A stretch of DNA of 64,000 nt from the human T2T-CHM13v2.0 reference genome, Homo sapiens. This document shows, in pieces, positions 41,153 to 53,329 of this stretch (its first letter is position 1; each line of letters starts with the position of its first letter). Where the stretch lies: the NCBI RefSeq assembly GCF_009914755.1, contig NC_060945.1; one strand, 5' to 3'. The position numbers and the translations under genes were made by a program. The notes below the pieces were generated by a model. The model saw only the letters and a list, made by a program, of their open reading frames with translations, did no database searches and had not been told where the DNA came from.

Positions 41153-42700
41153 CTCTCTCATCAGAAAACTCTAGAGGTTAAATGTGGCATGAAACAAAGT
41201 AATGAGCCTCTTTCCTCCTTCCTCTCACTCCAAGAGTTGTAGTATCACCTGGCAGGTAGGTCAGGACATCCATTCTGGCTAGGGTCTACATTTGGTGACC
41301 ACATCATCTTAAGGTCTGGAAGGCTGCTCCTAGTGGGGGACTCCATGTAAAGAAAAGTAGGATTTCTGGTTATTATCATTATAAACTAAAAACAATTAGG
41401 AAATTTCAGGCAAAGACTATAGAAATTACTACACTCATGTAATAGTCTTGTATAAATCCTACATTTAAGCAAAATTAAGAAAGACCTGTCTTTGAATGAT
41501 ATCAGAAGACTGTGATAATAATTAATTAAGTGTGTTATTTAATTAGTCTTTAAATATATTTTAACAATACATTTTAGATAAAAACAGAGACCATGACCTG
41601 CACCCATGTGTAGACTGGGCCCCAGTGGGATACTTTTTGATCCTCTTCCCAACCCCTAGACTTCCCCTGTACCTATGGTTCACTGGATGCCCCAAGGATA
41701 CCTGATACTCATGTTTACAATGTTGTCCCTGGGCTACGTTTCCAGGCTAGATCCAGAAGGGTGGTTTGGAGAATAGTTCATTTTCCTGGGTAGTGTGGCC
41801 AGTGTGGCTGGCAAAGAATTTCTTCCTGGGATCACATGAGATTCATCACTGGGATGATACTGACACACTGATTTGGGGTGACTCTCACCTAAGTCAGAAT
41901 CTGGAAATGGTCAGGATTCTGATCTACCAGTGGTTCAATTCTGAGCCTGGAACATGAGCCACATGTGTGAGCTGTGATTTAGCTCTGATCCATCAGTGTT
42001 CCAACCACATTGCTGTCTGTGGCCTATAGAATAAGAGGGGTGCAAGGGTAGCAGTAGGCATCATTTACCTTGTGCCTCTCCCCATCTGCTACTGAAACTC
42101 AGGGAGGTTACCTCAACCCTTACTGCAAATGCCTTTTCGGTGTCAGTCTTCCTGCCAGGGATGGCTGTGTTTGTTTCTTCTAAAGGCTCCAAGGAGAATC
42201 CAAATGTAAAATTTTGCTTTATGACTTAAGTGTTATTTAACACAATGAATAATGCATTTATAAAATATATCCACTAGAAACTTGGCTGTCTGGGAATGTG
42301 TATGAATAAAAATTAACCTAAGGATATAAACAAGTGACTGTGTTGTATTTACTTATTATAATAAAACTCTAGGAAAAATAACTATCTCATCCTCAGTTAA
42401 GTTCATCAAATACTGAGATTCCATTATGAGCAGGGAAATTTGTGGATATAAGGACTAAGCATATTAATAACAGGTTCTGTCCTCAGGAAACATCATCTTG
42501 GAGGAATACAGACCGTAAACATAATTTTATTGTAATGGCAACACTCTGTATATAATGGTATGAATGGATACACTGAGCCCAGAAAACAGCAGCCACATCA
42601 GATCTTTCTAGTGAATGTTTTCCTAATTGAGTCTTCGTAAGAGTTTGCTATGTGAAAAAGTGTGGAATAAATGTGGCAGTCAAAGGGAAGTACATAGGAA

Positions 42701-43210
42701 TATTGTTTAGCTATTTCTATGTAACAGACCACCCAACTTAGTCCTTAAAACATCAGCTCTTTGTGGTTGCTCTCAATTATGTAGACCTCAATTCATTTTA
42801 TTGACAATTTCCATTTGGAAATTTAGACTTGGCTTAGCTTTCTGATCCTTCTGTTCTTAACTGAACTACCACATGCATTTACAGAGTTCTGGGCAGCTCT
42901 GCCTCTGAGGAGTTGGCTAGCTTTTCACTGAGGGAAGGGGATGGTAAAGGAGACTCAGCCTCATGTTTGTCAACATTAGGGGACTGTCCCAAGTTTGTTC
43001 ACATAAAGGCTTGGCAAGAATTTAAGAGGGATAATGGAATCAAAGCCTATTCAAGGCTAGGCTTGGTATAATGCCACTTTCACATGTTGACCAAAGCATC
43101 GGCTACAGGCAGTCATGAGGTCAGCCTAGATTCAGGGATGACAAAGAGATCTACCTCTTAATCAAAGGAACTGCAAAGTCTCATTAAAAAGTGGCATGCA
43201 TTCAGGGAAA
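42701..43210 (-). mobile_element. Old MLT1-family LTR
   Basis: tagctatttctatgtaacagaccaccc..acttagt; ggtcagcctagattcaggg...ggaactgcaaagtc. Confidence 0.6.
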
Positions 43211-43520
43211 GGTGGGAACATGTGGCATGTATTTATTTATCCATTTGTTTATTTAATGCATTTAACCACAACACATAAAGTTTCTAAGCATAAGATAATT
43301 TTGTGTAAAATTAATTAACTTTACTAATACAATTGAACTTTTATTATAAACTAAAACTTTAAGTGGAATATAAAGTAGGAAATTAGAAAAGATGAAGCTG
43401 GAGAGGTAACAATCCTGAAAAAGAAGGGTTAACTTAACAAGATGTGACATTTTTTGTAGATTATAGTATTTCCCACCAAATTCAGACATGCAGAGATCTC
43501 CTGCAGAATAAGCTAGAGAT

Positions 43521-43570
<50 letters not shown>
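43521..43570. repeat. (CA)n microsatellite, about 20 pure units
   Basis: seen directly. Confidence 0.98.
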
Positions 43571-43574
<4 letters not shown>

Positions 43575-44372
43575 TTATTTGCTCGAAGACAACAGGGAAA
43601 AACGACTTCATACTTTACCCACTACTCTTAGAAATTTCCAAGATAAATCAATATAATACAATATACTAAAGGTGTCAAAAAGTCCTTCAAAAAAGAGAAA
43701 TCTTTATTTTCATAACAAAACAGTTATGCTTATTAAAACAAAGACTTTTTCTTTTCCTTTTCACCAAATACTAATATTGAAAGGTGAATAATGCTTTTGA
43801 AGAGAAAGTAAAATATTTTAATCAGGTTGTTACAGGTAAGATTTTTACTTTAGAGAGATTACCCTGGCAGTGGGCTGGATGAAAGATTAAAAAATGATTA
43901 AAACCTGCAAGATGAGAAATAGATGACTATTGTGATTATCTAAAGAGAAAAAAACAAATTTCCAATCTCTGACATTGATTGCAAGAATAAAGAAAGGACA
44001 AACAGATTTTAATAAAACATAACTCAGTCATAGATTGGATGTGGGGCATGAGAAAGAGTAGAATTTTGAATGACAATCAAGTTTCTAAATTGAGAGATTA
44101 ATGTTATCACTAAGACAAGGAACAGGAATACCTTTGATTTTCTTTTGTCCACTACACATGTGTTTTTCCCCACTCTCAGACTCATGATGAAATATGAAAG
44201 GAGATTTAGATTCTGCCCAACTAGAACTCATATTCAAACTAAAAGTAGAAACTGATCAAAGAGTTTGTTGTTTGGGAGCAAGATTAAGAAGGAGGTAGGT
44301 ATGGTGAGAAAGGGAATTTCTTAAAGTCATCTTATAATATTTAGTTTCTTTCCTACACAAGTATTAACATGA

Positions 44373-44623
<251 letters not shown>

Positions 44624-45660
44624 GAAAATTTTCATATAAAATAAAAGAACAAAGGAAAAGTCTTTCTGTTTCATTCAACCATGACTTTATTTAACATCAT
44701 TGTAATTAAATACATATTAAATTTTTAGACAATGAATAAGAAATACATTACCTAGAAGCAAGTTTGCTTGTGTCTGGAAATTATTTTAAAACATGTCCAG
44801 GTTTACGTAGGAATCTATAGCCAAAGCAACTTTTGTGGCACATACTTTAGGATAGATTTGAAGATGTGTGACCAAGTAGAGAATAAATACTATATGGGAT
44901 AAAGTAGATGTGCTATTTTATGTCCTGGATCTGAGAAAACAAATTATGGAGGGGAAAGAAAAACACTTTCAAATTTATTGACGTAATACACATTTTCCAA
45001 GAGTTTGTTTCACTGATGTTCCACATTTCAAAGACTAAATGCAAAATGTTTTCTAATGTATAAAATTCATTTAACTGATATAAATTTTTTCATATTAATA
45101 TCTGTGCAAAAATGCAGTATACATTATTTTATTTGTAGGGAGATCTTCTCTGTTCATTTTCAGGTAATAATGTCAATAATGCCCTAATACCAGGGTTTTG
45201 TATTATTTTATATATCAATATCGATATCAATACAAAGGATCTTGATATTATTGACTCACTGGTTTAATAGTTTCTAAAAATAGGTATTTCCAGAAATGCA
45301 CCTTATTGCATACACTATACACATTTGTGTGCAGGTCCACATATAGGCATATGTTGATTAGATATAATAACCAGAAACTACTTGCTTGAAGGCAAAAATT
45401 TTTATGTCATCCCTTTCTTAAAACAGTTTTCTGATACAACTTTGGGCTTCACTGACAACCTAGAGTTATTCTTTTTTACACAACTGACTAACAAAATGGT
45501 TTCAAGTTTATTTAATATATAACTGTAAGTAATTCAGAGACTCCTGGGATAAAGCAAGTGGAATTCAGTGCAAAAGAATAATATGGTAGATTATTAGCTT
45601 GTAAGTAACAAAAATCAGGATATATGCCTCTGAGTTAAAAAAAATCAGTTTGATGTCTGA

Positions 45661-45696
45661 TCACGAGGCAATGACATTGCTGGTTTCCATAGCAAC
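45661..45696. promoter_or_regulatory. Candidate enhancer core: RFX X-box beside a CAATG/CATTG palindrome
   Basis: GTTTCCATAGCAAC at 45683-45696; gcaatgacattgc at 45668-45680; no repeat recognised here. Confidence 0.45.
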
Positions 45697-47145
45697 CAAA
45701 TCCTGAGTATTCTTCATTCATCTCTTTTCTACCAGAATCCACCTCATTACGGTAAAAAGAAATTCAGTGTCACATCAATGAAAACTCTAATATTTATAGA
45801 TCCAAATACATTTTTTCTGTCCAGGGTGACTAAGTAAAGATGCTAAAATCCAGCATTGGCTTGAACAAGAAAAGTTAATTTCAAAGTGAGAAGAACTGAA
45901 GCTTTCTTGAATTTTACTTATGTATGCAGCATTTATTATTTGAGCATTCGAGAGAGATGTTTTTTTCATCTACTTTGACAGGCTCAGCTCTTTGGAGAGT
46001 TTATTTTATCTCCCCTAGTCAGAAGTTGATTTCCGTGGCACTTCTGCCTCAAACTTAAAAGTCAAAATACAAAAGAACTAGCACACTTATTCTTGTCTAG
46101 CAAAGATAAGATTTATTCTGTGTGGTGTAAAAACACCTGACAAACTATCTACTTGATACTGAATTTGCAAAATACTTTCATACCACATTTTTGAATGGGA
46201 AAATATGATAACATAATTGACTATGAGTTGTGTTTCCTGTGATTATGTATAAAAATATATACATTTTAGTATAGCTATATTACACAATTTGACAGCACTG
46301 CCGTTTTGATTGATCCATTGATGGATTTTTTTATCGCAAGTTGCAAAGTAATTATTTTATTTTAGAAGCACAATTCAAATCTCTCTAGCTTTGTCATATA
46401 CTAGTCACACAGTTCAAATATATGGTTTTGGTGCACTTATCTTGTACAGTGTATCACATTCTGTGCATATTCTATTTCACTGGTGTATTTCCATAGGACT
46501 CTCTACAGTTTTTTGCATAAACACTTAAATAATTCTTTTCTCTGGTTGTTGATCTAATATCTTTAATCCTCAGAATACTGCAGGTTTCATGCAGGAAACA
46601 AGTCTCCTGTTTTATGCTGGATCTCAGTACTCAACATAGAGGCTGGAACACAAGAGAGGTCAATACATTTTAATGAATGAAAGAATGAATAATGAGCCAA
46701 AAATTTACTGTTTCTATTACTTGTTAATTTTATAACCAAATTCCAATGGCTCTATTATCATTATTGCCTTTAGATTTACAGTGCATAAGCATTGCATTTT
46801 GTGTAAAGTCATAGGGAAATGGGTATACACAGCTAAATAAGAGTATCCATCATGTCCATGACTTGCTACTGTTTATAGATATAACACAATACATAATATA
46901 TCACAGAACTGACGGGCCAGAAGAAAAAATGTAAACTTATCTTGAAATTAACATTTTTAGCAAAGAAAAGAGAGAACCAAGAAACCAAAGTAAGAGAATA
47001 ATAGAGAGCAAAAGTAAACAGCATATTTTCTTCTAGTTTTCTCCCATGAAGGCTAGGAATTTTAAGTCGAGTTCATAATTGACTTTGCATCAAGCAATTA
47101 GTTGAATAGATATCATAGACAGGTGCTTTGTATGATGCTTAGAGA

Positions 47146-47516
47146 TGATATTAGTCCATTTTCACACTACTATTAAGATGCTACCTGAGCCTGGGTAAGT
47201 TATAAAGAAAAGAAGTTTAATTGACTTACAGTTCCGCATGGCTGGGGAGGCCTCAGGTAATTTACAATCCTGGTGGAAGACAAAGGGGAAGCAGGTACCT
47301 TCTTCACAAGGTGACAGGAGAGAGAGAGCAAGAGAGAAAGAAAGTGCCACACTTTAAAACCATCAGCTCTCCTGAGAACTCACTCACTATTGCAAGAACA
47401 GCATGGGAGAAACTGCCTCCATGATTCAATCACCTCCCACCAGGTCCCTCCCTTGACACATGGAGATTACAATTTGAGGTGAGATTTGGGTGGAGACACA
47501 GAGCCCAATCATATCA
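47146..47516 (-). mobile_element. THE1D/MSTA-like solo LTR
   Basis: tattagtccattttcacact...ggggaggcctcagg...ccttcttcacaagg...gagatttgggtggagacacagagcccaatcatatca. Confidence 0.9.
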
Positions 47517-47524
47517 GAGACTAT

Positions 47525-48470
47525 TTATTTATTCAGTATAAAACATCAGCTATGTAGCAGCATTTTTCCAGTTACTTTGCTTACAGCAGTAAACAAACAA
47601 ATTCTCCATTCTCAAGATTACTTTTTAGTGGGATTAAATACCATAAATCTTAAAACTTTTTAAAGGAAATATACAGAACAATTAGACTAGTAGAGAATAA
47701 AAGGAATGGGAGATATTTTATAAAGGGTCATCAAAAAAGCATCACTGATAAGATACAATTTGAGCAGAGATCTCAGGAGGTATAGCATTGAAATAGGCAG
47801 GCATCTAAGGAAAAAGCCCAGAGAGAAAAAATAACAAACAATGAGGTCAAAGTATGCTTAGCACGTTAAGGAAATAGTGACAGAGTCCAAGAGCCTGTAT
47901 GACTTGTACAGAGTGAGGCAAGGGGAGAATATTAGGATATGAGATCACAGATATAATGGGGAATCTAATCATCAAGGCCTTGTAGGTCGTGGTTGGAAAT
48001 TCAGGTTTTGACTCTGAGTGAGATGAAAGCTGTTGGCTGGTTTTGAACAGAGGAGTGATATGTTCTGATTGACAGTTTAATAGGATAATTTTAGTGCTCT
48101 CTGGGAAGTAGGTTTTATGAGGGCAAAGGTGGAAGGGAGACCATCCAACACGCTATTGTAATAATCCAGTTGAGAGATTATTGTGTTTGGGCTAGGGTGG
48201 TAGTAGACCAAAGGTGGAAATGCGTTAGACTCTGGACATATTTTAAAGATAAAATGAAGAGTATTTGCTCATAGATTGGATGGGAGATGTGAAGGAAAAA
48301 GTAGAGACAAGAATGAGTCATGGTCCTAGCTCTAGAAAATGAAAGATGAAGTTTCCATTAACTCATGAGGAAAAAGTAGTAAGTGTGAGGGCCATAGCAC
48401 ACATCTTAAATTCGTTTTTGTTACTGCTAAATTTGAGATGCTCATACATTTAAGTCAAAATGCCAAAGGA
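47525..48470 (-). mobile_element. L2 fragment
   Basis: tttgagcagagatct; ggccttgtaggtc; ctctgagtgagatg; ttttgaacagaggagtgatatg; gtaataatccagttgagaga. Confidence 0.8.
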
Positions 48471-49270
48471 GTATTTTTCTATGTTTTATCAAATGATGAG
48501 AGGAACAAGGATAGAAGAGTAGAATTCAGAGTTTGAGTTTGGTTTTGGATATAGGATCCTGAATTCTGGGAAGTAAGGAAATGTTGATTTTAAAAAAGTT
48601 AAAGCCACAGTGGCAAATAAAAATGGAGCCACAGCTATGCCACACTTCTTCACTCAACATAAATTGATGAAGGGCAGTCATAGGATGAAGATGTGCTGTC
48701 ACACAGTCATTTATCCAAGAACTGATTGTGAATTTACAAATCTATCATCCATTGTTTTTACTTTTCTTTCTTTTTTTATGGGATATGACTGTTAAGAATT
48801 CATGCATTCAACATACATTCAGGTTCTAATTGCCTGATAGTTACTCAACAGTCTGAACCTCTTGAATGCAGGAGATTTAACAAGACAGATAGATATGGAT
48901 TCTTACAAAACTTTTAACTTTCTATTGGAGACTATAAACAAATAGTCATTATAAAAGGCTGTACATTTTATGATAGAAAAATAAAGTCTTAGGAAAGAAT
49001 CCATAGCATCTATGTACTCCATCTAGGAAAAAAAATCTTCCAAAACAAGTAGCTCTTAAATTAAACTTTATCCTCTTATTCCCTTATGATTTGAAAAAAT
49101 TCTACTGTCTCTTTTATTACCCCTTCCAAGCTTATCAAAATTTGAGAATGTAAGAAATCTTATCTAAATTGAATTTAAAAGAAATTACAAATTCATCTTT
49201 ATTACTTTTTTTAATTGCAAACAAAATGTCACTGTAGTGTTATCTTGTTCAGCGAGAATTTTTTTTACGT

Positions 49271-49780
49271 TGTTATGGACTGAATGTTTGTGATCCCTTC
49301 CCCAATTTCATATGTTGAAACCCTACCCTTCAATGTGATGGTAAAAGGAGGTGGGGCCTACAGGAAGTAATTAGGATCAGATGAGGTCATGAGCTCAGGA
49401 TCCTCGTGAATGGGATTAGTATTCTTATAAGAGTGCTGAGAGAGCTGCTTTTCACCATGTTAGGATACAGTGAGAAGACCAAGTTCTGTAACCTGAAAGA
49501 AGGGTCTCTCCAAAACCTGAACGTGCTGGTACCCTGATCCTGGACTTCTAACCTACAGAACTGGAAAAAAAAATTCTATTGCTTAAAAGCCATGTAATCT
49601 ATGGTATTTTTGTTTATAGAAATGTAAAACAAGACAGAAAACTGGCAATGAGAAGTGAGGGTGCTGCTGTAAAAAAATATCTAAAAATGTGGATGTGCTT
49701 TTGGACTAGGTATGGCTAGAGGCTGGAGATATTTTAAGGTGCATGCTAAAAGAAGGTCTACATTGCCATGAAGGAAGGAA
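49271..49780 (+). mobile_element. MLT1A-like LTR (49271-49636) plus the start of its internal sequence
   Basis: tgttatggactgaatgtttgtg...ggaggtggggcct...gctggtaccctgatcctggacttc...caagaca, then gagaagtgagggtgctgctgtaa. Confidence 0.85.
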
Positions 49781-50099
49781 GTTTCCTGAGTTGTAGAAAA
49801 TTTATATCTCAAAGGGGCAAAGAAAGAATTTAAATTGAAAATTTCCTGAAGTAAAGCTCTCAGGAAAAGGTAGTCAGGAGCCTATAATCATGTTTTTGCT
49901 GGAACAAACACTAAATACTTTAGGCAGTTAGGCTTTTTTAGGCAGGCGCGTTAAGGAGTATACGGTCATTCTAAAGGAATGAGCTTGGGCCAATAGAAGT
50001 CACCCTAGAGTTTGGTCAAGTCTGTTAATGCAGGGTGTGGAGAATGAGTGTGGACAATCATTTATGCTGAGAATTTTGTGGTTCTCATGGATTGTTTTT

Positions 50100-50864
50100 G
50101 AGATAATTAACTTCATTACAATATTGAATTTTCTCATGCATGAACATGGAATACCTATTTATATAATTGTTCTTTAATTTGACTTAGTTATGGGGTTTTT
50201 TTTAGTTTTTAGCATACTGTTTGTGAAATTATCTTACTAAATGTAACTTTATACATTTTGTTTCATTGCTATTTTGTTTCAATTTCTATTTTTTTGTTTC
50301 TAATACATTAGCAATAAAGTTGATTATTTTATTCTAACCTAATATCCATTTACTGTGGAATCTTCGTAAACTTAATTTTTAGTTGTTACACCTTTTTAGT
50401 TAAATACCTTTGGATTTTCTATATGCATAACCAGGTTATCTCTGAATTATGATAGTTCTAATTTGTTTCTACTCTGTAAGCTTTTTATTTTCATTTCTTT
50501 CCTTATAGTACTGAATCAGACCCAATGCATAATATTGCCTAAAAGTGATAAGGATGGACAACCTTAACTTGTTCTCAAACTTACGGGAAAAGCATTCAGT
50601 CTTTTATGGTTAAAAATGATCTCAGCTCTGGAGCTTTTCATAATTTTTTCCCAGGTTGAGCATGTTTCCTTCTACTTTTAGTTTGCTAAGAACTTTTTTC
50701 ATTAAAGAATCTATAAAATAATCTTACGGCTTTGCACATTAATTTGTTCATATGATTATTCAAAAAACTGAATATTTTAAAATGCTAAACCAACCTTGCC
50801 TTCCCGGAATAAACTGTACATTATCATGATGCATTATTCTTTTTAAATTATTGGAGTTGAATTA
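50100..50864 (-). mobile_element. Old L1M ORF2 fragment
   Basis: caatattgaattttct..catgaacatgga; gggaaaagcattcagtcttt; cttctacttttagtttgctaaga. Confidence 0.75.
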
Positions 50865-50874
50865 CTGCTGTTTT

Positions 50875-50959
50875 TCGTTTTTTTTTGTTTGTTTGTTTGT
50901 TTTTTGAGATGGAGTCTTGCTCTGTCGCCCAGGCTGGAGTGCAATGGTGCGATCTCAGG
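50875..50959 (-). mobile_element. Severely 5'-truncated Alu (about 50 nt plus tail)
   Basis: gagatggagtcttgctctgtcgcccaggctggagtgcaatggtgcgatctc; TSD ctg(c/t)tgtttt at 50865-50874 / 50960-50969. Confidence 0.9.
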
Positions 50960-50984
50960 CTGTTGTTTTAAATAAAGAATTAGT

Positions 50985-51200
50985 TCTCTCTGTGTAACTG
51001 TTTTTGAGTGTGACATTTGCTTTCTTGTGAACTTAGAAAGAAAATTACACCATTTGTTCTCCTGGGTTTCTGGCTTGCAGACAGCTAATTATGAGACTTC
51101 TCAGCCTCCATAATTGCATGAGCAAGATCTTTATAATTAGTCTATCTATTTATCATAATTGCATGAGCAAGATCTTTATAATTAGTCTTTCTATGTAATA
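50985..51200 (+). mobile_element. MLT2 (ERVL) LTR 3' fragment
   Basis: tacaccatttgttctcctgggtttctggcttgcagacag...gacttctcagcctccataattgcatgagc. Confidence 0.75.
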
Positions 51201-51230
51201 TATATATACTTAGACAAATATATATATATA

Positions 51231-51425
51231 TTTGTTTACATTTGAGTTTAATGAGTTTAAGTCTAGACCCTATATTTTATGGGGTTCAGAAGCGGAAATC
51301 TGCCATCTTAAATTTTGTTTTTCCACAGTATTCCCTACGGTGCCCTTCACACTGATGTATGAACTCAAGACAGGCCCACTTCTCTGCAGAAGAATGTCCT
51401 AATATCAAGTAAATAAGTATTCTCT
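51231..51425 (+). repeat. 195-bp direct-repeat copy (derived) of 54095-54289
   Basis: Ungapped manual alignment, 8 mismatches. Confidence 0.97.
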
Positions 51426-51579
51426 ATTATATATATATATAAAATATAATATATAAATTTGATAAAATATATAATAATTAATTAATTATATAATAGAAGG
51501 CTGTGATTGGACCCCCAATGGTAATCCAACATCCACCAAAAATATTTATGTAATAGAAAAATTTTAAAGGTGACATTTG

Positions 51580-52790
51580 ACGTTTCGATTATATATTTAA
51601 GAATACATTATGATGTTTTGATATACATACGTAGTTAACTGATTACAAAAGTCAAGTAAATTAACCTACTTATCAGCTCACATAGTTACCTTTCTCTTCT
51701 TTTGTGTGGTGAGAATATCTAAAATCCATTCTTTTAGCAAATTAACAGTACGCAATACAATATTATTAACTGTAGTCCTTGCACTGTACATTAGATCTCT
51801 ATTGAGTGATGGATATCTTCATGGGGTGGTGATTTTATTTCTTTTGGTTGTATAACCAGAGTAACCAGAAGAAGGATTGCTGGATCATATAGTAGTTCTA
51901 CTTTAAATTTATTTATAGAAACCTCCATATAATGGCAACATGAACCTACATTTCCAACAACAATGTACATGAGTTCTTTTTACTGCATACCCTCACTGAC
52001 ATTTGTTATTTCTTGCCTTTTTTTATAGTAGTAATTCTAAAAAGTGTGAGGTGATATCTCATTGTGGCTTTTGATTTGCATTTCCCTGTTGAATCCCTGA
52101 TGTTGAACATCTTTTTGTGTATCTGTTTGCCATTTCTATGTCTTCAGAGAAATGTCCCTTCAGATTGTTAGCCTTTGGTTATTTGCTGTGGAGCTGTGTG
52201 AGTTACTTACACTTTTTGGACATTAATCCGTTATCTGATATATGGTTTACAGGTATCTTCTCTTACTCTGTGGGCTGCCTTTTCACTTTATTGATTATTT
52301 CCTTTGCTGTAAAAAGAAAACCGTTTAGTTTGATGTAGTCTAACTTGTTTACTCTTGCTTTGTTGCCTGTGCTTTTAGGGTCATTTGGGGATCAAAAATT
52401 GTTGCCAAGGCCAACACCAAGGAGCTTTTTTCCTATGTTTTCTTCTAGGAATTTTAAGGTTTCAAGTCTTAGGTTTATATCTTTAATCCATTTTGAGTTA
52501 ATTTTTGTATATGGATAAGATAAGTATTCAGTTTCATTCTTTTCATATAGATATCCAGTTTTTCCAACACAATTTTTCAATAAGAGATGTTTTCATCCAT
52601 TGTGTCTTCTTAGTGGCTTTATTGAAGATTAACTGACCATATACACTTGAGTTTGTTTCTGGGCTCCCTATTCTGTTTCATTGTTCTATGTATTTGTTTT
52701 TATGCCAGTGCCATACTGTTTTTATTACTATTGTTTTGTGGTATAATTTAAAATCATAATGTGTGATGCTTCCAACTGTTTCTTTATCAA
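51580..52790 (-). mobile_element. L1MA-like 3' portion
   Basis: gtgtgaggtgatatctcattgtgg; cttcagagaaatgtcc; ttaatccattttgagtt; 3' end ctcacatagttacct. Confidence 0.85.
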
Positions 52791-53329
52791 GATAACTGAC
52801 TTTTGTGCCTCTACAATATAGATAATCTAACTTAACTCTAACTTGCTATAAATGTACCAATCAGCCAATCTTCAAGGTCTTGATCAATAATGTGGTTTAA
52901 ATTATTGCACCTCACTTTCTACAAAAACATAAATATGACATTACATTGATGACATTCTTCTCCAAGGAGGTTCACTTGCCACACTCATTCAGGACATACA
53001 AAATACTCAAAATGGATCTAACAAAAAAGACATTAACCGTTGTCCCATTATCAGTAAATACCTCTTTACCCTCTTAACACCACTTAACATTGTGAATGCT
53101 AACAAGGTCAACAGGTATTTCTTGACGACAGGACAATTGTTGATCTTTTTTTTCTCAATTGATTTTGTGCTTCTACAACAGAAGTTATATCAATTAACTC
53201 CTAACAAGTGCTAAGATGTACCAATTGGCAAACATTCAGTGGATACTGAGATTCAAATTACCAGAGCCAATAAATATTTATATACTCTCTTGGTGCATGT
53301 GTGACATCATCAGCCTTGACTTGTGAATT

